A DNA stretch of 64,000 bases, taken from contig JBBJOW010000007.1 of the NCBI GenBank assembly GCA_037724045.1, positions 7,324-71,323 of the forward strand, given 5' to 3'. Position 1 is the first letter of the stretch, and each line of letters begins with the position of its first letter. The notes under the pieces were generated by a model, which saw nothing but the letters and a program-made list of their open reading frames with translations, was not told the origin of the DNA and did not search any database. This document shows, one piece after another, positions 63,165 to 64,000 of this stretch. The DNA is from Solirubrobacteraceae bacterium (GTDB taxonomy: Bacteria > Actinomycetota > Thermoleophilia > Solirubrobacterales > Solirubrobacteraceae). The position numbers were made by a program, and so were the translations under genes.

Positions 63165-64000
63165 GCGGGCGGGGGCGGGCTCCCGGCGGCGATGAGCTCC
63201 TGCCCGCGGTCGTAGTCATCGTCGCGCTCGTGCGTGAGGACCCCGACGCACGCGCCGTCCTCGCCGGCGTACCAGACGGCCCAGGCGCCATCACCGTGGT
63301 CGGCGAAGCGCGCCGAGTCGAAGCCGTCGCCCCAGGCGGCGTACTTGAGCGTGTGCTCGCCGACGGTCGACCAGAAGCCAGGGACGCTGTCCCACACCGC
63401 CTCCCTGTCGCCGGCCAGCCGACGGCCCGCGACCTCGCCCTGGGTGAGCGCGTCGCCCCAGTGCTCGACGCGCAGCGGGCGCCGGGCGACCGGGTGCTGG
63501 GCCACGCAAGCGTCACCCGCCGCGTAGACGTTGTCGGCGGTGGTGCGCAGCGCGGCGTCGGCGGCGATGGCCCGGCCGCCCTCCCCCATGCGCAGCCCGG
63601 CCTCGCGCGCCAGCTCGACGCGTGCAGCGGCGCCGGTGGCGAGCAGCACGACGTCGGCGGAGGCGGCATCGGCGGGCTCGAGCTCGCGGCCCAGCTCGAG
63701 GATGCAGCCGAGCTCGGTGAGAAAGCCGGCCAGACGCTGACCCGCCTCCTCCCCCAGCCGATCGCCCTGTGGGATGGCGTCCTGACCGACGACGGTGACG
63801 CGCGCGCCGCGCATGGCCAGCGACGCGGCGGCCTCGCAGCCGATGAAACCGGTCCCCACGACGACCACACGCGTTCCGGGCTCCACCATCTCCCTCAGCG
63901 CGAGCGAGTGACGGACCGTGCGGACGACGTGGACGTGGTCGTGCTCGACTTCGATGCGAACCGGCTCGGCGCCCGTGGCCAGCACGCAGCCCGTGTAGAG
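63161..64000 (-). CDS. FAD-dependent pyridine nucleotide-disulfide oxidoreductase (ferredoxin reductase-like), runs off right edge
   Basis: VVVVGTGFIGCEAAASLAMRG (second Rossmann GxGxxG)...NVYAAGDAC...HWGDALTQG. The N-terminus lies beyond 64000. Confidence 0.85.
   Translation of the reverse strand, partial: LYTGCVLATGAEPVRIEVEHDHVHVVRTVRHSLALREMVEPGTRVVVVGTGFIGCEAAASLAMRGARVTVVGQDAIPQGDRLGEEAGQRLAGFLTELGCILELGRELEPADAASADVVLLATGAAARVELAREAGLRMGEGGRAIAADAALRTTADNVYAAGDACVAQHPVARRPLRVEHWGDALTQGEVAGRRLAGDREAVWDSVPGFWSTVGEHTLKYAAWGDGFDSARFADHGDGAWAVWYAGEDGACVGVLTHERDDDYDRGQELIAAGSPPPPA

Overview
High-GC, actinobacterial-type chromosome segment, read from codon bias and gene content. Most of it is housekeeping and is mainly encoded on the minus strand: valS (partial), clpX-clpP-tig, cspA, a fadA-like thiolase divergent from fabG4-like/MaoC dehydratase genes, glpK, recC-recB-recD, two Ser/Thr kinases, a GGDEF/HD-GYP protein, and tRNA-His and tRNA-Arg.

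The most interesting region is a ~14.7-kb integrated element (8196-22874). It is bounded by exact 46-bp direct repeats that duplicate the 3' part of tRNA-His(GTG). It encodes a tyrosine integrase, an excisionase-type HTH, a standalone Spo11/TopoVI-A-like (5Y-CAP + Toprim, 'Mini-A'-like) protein, an HK97-type major capsid protein, HNH endonuclease, small and large terminase, and a split tape-measure protein. No ORF is large enough to be a portal, and there is no recognisable protease, tail tube, baseplate or lysis gene. It is therefore either a capsid/terminase-encoding satellite-like island or a strongly reduced prophage.

Other notable points:
- A CTAG-bounded palindromic intergenic repeat family is present at two loci.
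- Local gene decay is conspicuous. The amt gene carries at least 5 frameshifts. There are LuxR, dioxygenase and DoxX remnants, and a methyltransferase and a secreted-protein gene are each frameshifted.
- A leaderless XRE/nucleotidyltransferase toxin-antitoxin-like pair sits behind an AT-rich palindromic operator.
- Two coding regions contain in-frame tandem repeats.

Many long ORFs in the six-frame track are antisense artefacts of the high GC content and were rejected. All functional calls come from reading the translated sequences for motifs; no database search was run.
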